Below are positions 62,808-64,000 of a stretch of 64,000 nucleotides of DNA, in pieces. Source of the stretch: Eledone cirrhosa. Taxonomy: Eukaryota. A model generated the notes under the pieces. It was not told where the DNA came from. It made no database searches and saw nothing but the letters and a program-made list of their open reading frames with translations. Both the position numbers and the translations under genes were made by a program. Position 1 is the stretch's first letter. Each line of letters begins with the position of its first letter. The stretch is from the NCBI GenBank assembly GCA_964016885.1, contig OZ024761.1, positions 22,692,001-22,756,000 of the forward strand. The letters run 5' to 3'.

Positions 62808-64000
62808 GCTATATCTGTACCCTAGTTTAGGGAGTATATCTGTACCCCAGTGTAGGGGGTATATCTGTAGATAGTCTAGGGGGTATATCTGTACCACAGT
62901 ATAGTATATCTGTAGATAGTCTAGGGGGTATATCTGTACCACAGTATAGTATATCTGTAGATAGTCTAGGGGGTATATCTGTAGATAGTCTACGGGGTAT
63001 ATCTGTACCACATTCTAGGGGGTATATCTATACCACTGTATAGAGGGTATATCTACACCAGACTAGTGTTGGTAGTAGTAGTAGTAGTAGTGGTGGTGGT
63101 GGTAGTGGTGGTGTTGGTGTTAGTAGTAGTAGTACTAGTAGTAGTAGTAGTAGTGGTGGTGTTGGTAGTAGTAGTTGTAGTAGTGGTAGTGGTGGTGTTG
63201 GTAGTAGTAGTTGTAGTAGTGGTGGTGGTGTTGGTAGTAGTGGTAGTAGTAGTAGTGGTGGTGGTGTTGGTAGTAGTGAATGTTCTGGAAAAAAGTCAAC
63301 AATAGATTTCAACAATTGAGTTGTCAACTCAGATTTATTTTAATGACCAGGATGTAGTGGTGGTGGTGTGGTGGTGTGGTGGTGTGGTGGTGGTGGATGT
63401 GGTGGTGGTGTGGTGTGGTGGTGTGGTGGTGGTGTGTGGTGGTGTGGTGTGGTGGTGGTGTGGTGTGGTGGTGTGGTGGTGTGGTGGTGTGGTGGTGGTG
63501 TGGTGGTGTGGTGTGGTGTGGTGGTGTGGTGTGGTGTGGTGGTGTGGTGGTGTGGTGGTGTGGTGGTGGTGGATGTGGTGGTGGTGTGGTGGTGTGGTGT
63601 CTGTGTAGTGTTTGTGTGGGTGTGTATGTAGTGTATGTTGTGTGTCTACATGTGATGTATGTATGTATGTGTGTTTGTGTTATTGATGAATTTCAGCATG
63701 TCCAGACATGGTCTCACAATAAAACACACGCATACATATCAACACATACAAACACACATGGAAAACATGCACACACCATTTCACACACCTGTAAATTCCT
63801 ACCGCCAAGTGTTTCTCTTCTTCTTTTCCTTCTTCTTCTTCTTCTTCTTCTTTTCCTTCTTCTTTTTCTTCTTCTTCTTCTTCTTCTTCTTCTTCTTCTT
63901 CTTCTTTTCTTTCTTCTTTTCCTTCTTCTTGTTCTTCTTCTTCTTCTTCCCCCCCCCCTCTTCTTCTTCTTCTTCTTCTTCTTCTTCTTCTTCTTCTTCT
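62808..64000. repeat. Simple-repeat block: ggggtatatctgta minisatellite, (GTA/GTG)n, (GTG/GTGTG)n, (CTT)n
   Basis: 62808-63060, 63065-63278, 63353-63600, 63815-64000. Confidence 0.9.

Noticed and set aside
63028-63631. Poly-Val, Pro-Leu and VVWWCG ORFs
   Set aside because: Simple trinucleotide and pentanucleotide repeats.

Overview
AT-rich, repeat-dense, intron-containing animal DNA. The SINE families and (TA)n load suggest a cephalopod such as Octopus (inference). Three spliced genes were reconstructed by hand with GT-AG junctions and consistent phases. (1) + strand: an 11-coding-exon, ~3612-aa TASOR/TEX15-family protein with an N-terminal DUF3715 pseudo-PARP domain (19906-38920), including a 7,248-bp exon. 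(2) - strand: NDUFS6 (54235-50845, 150 aa), whose CHCC zinc site has two Cys-to-Ser changes plus a C-terminal extension. (3) - strand: MRPL58/ICT1 (61498-56802, 214 aa, GGQ intact). Non-coding space holds TTAA-flanked piggyBac-type MITEs, tRNA-derived SINEs (Nin/Deu-type and CORE+Meta-type), RTE and CR1-like LINE ends, and many minisatellites, several visibly grown from inside those TEs. It also holds short Penelope/retrozyme-like modules, mostly next to (TA)n tracts, at least six of which carry type I hammerhead ribozyme motifs. Most ORFs in the supplied track are repeat artefacts.
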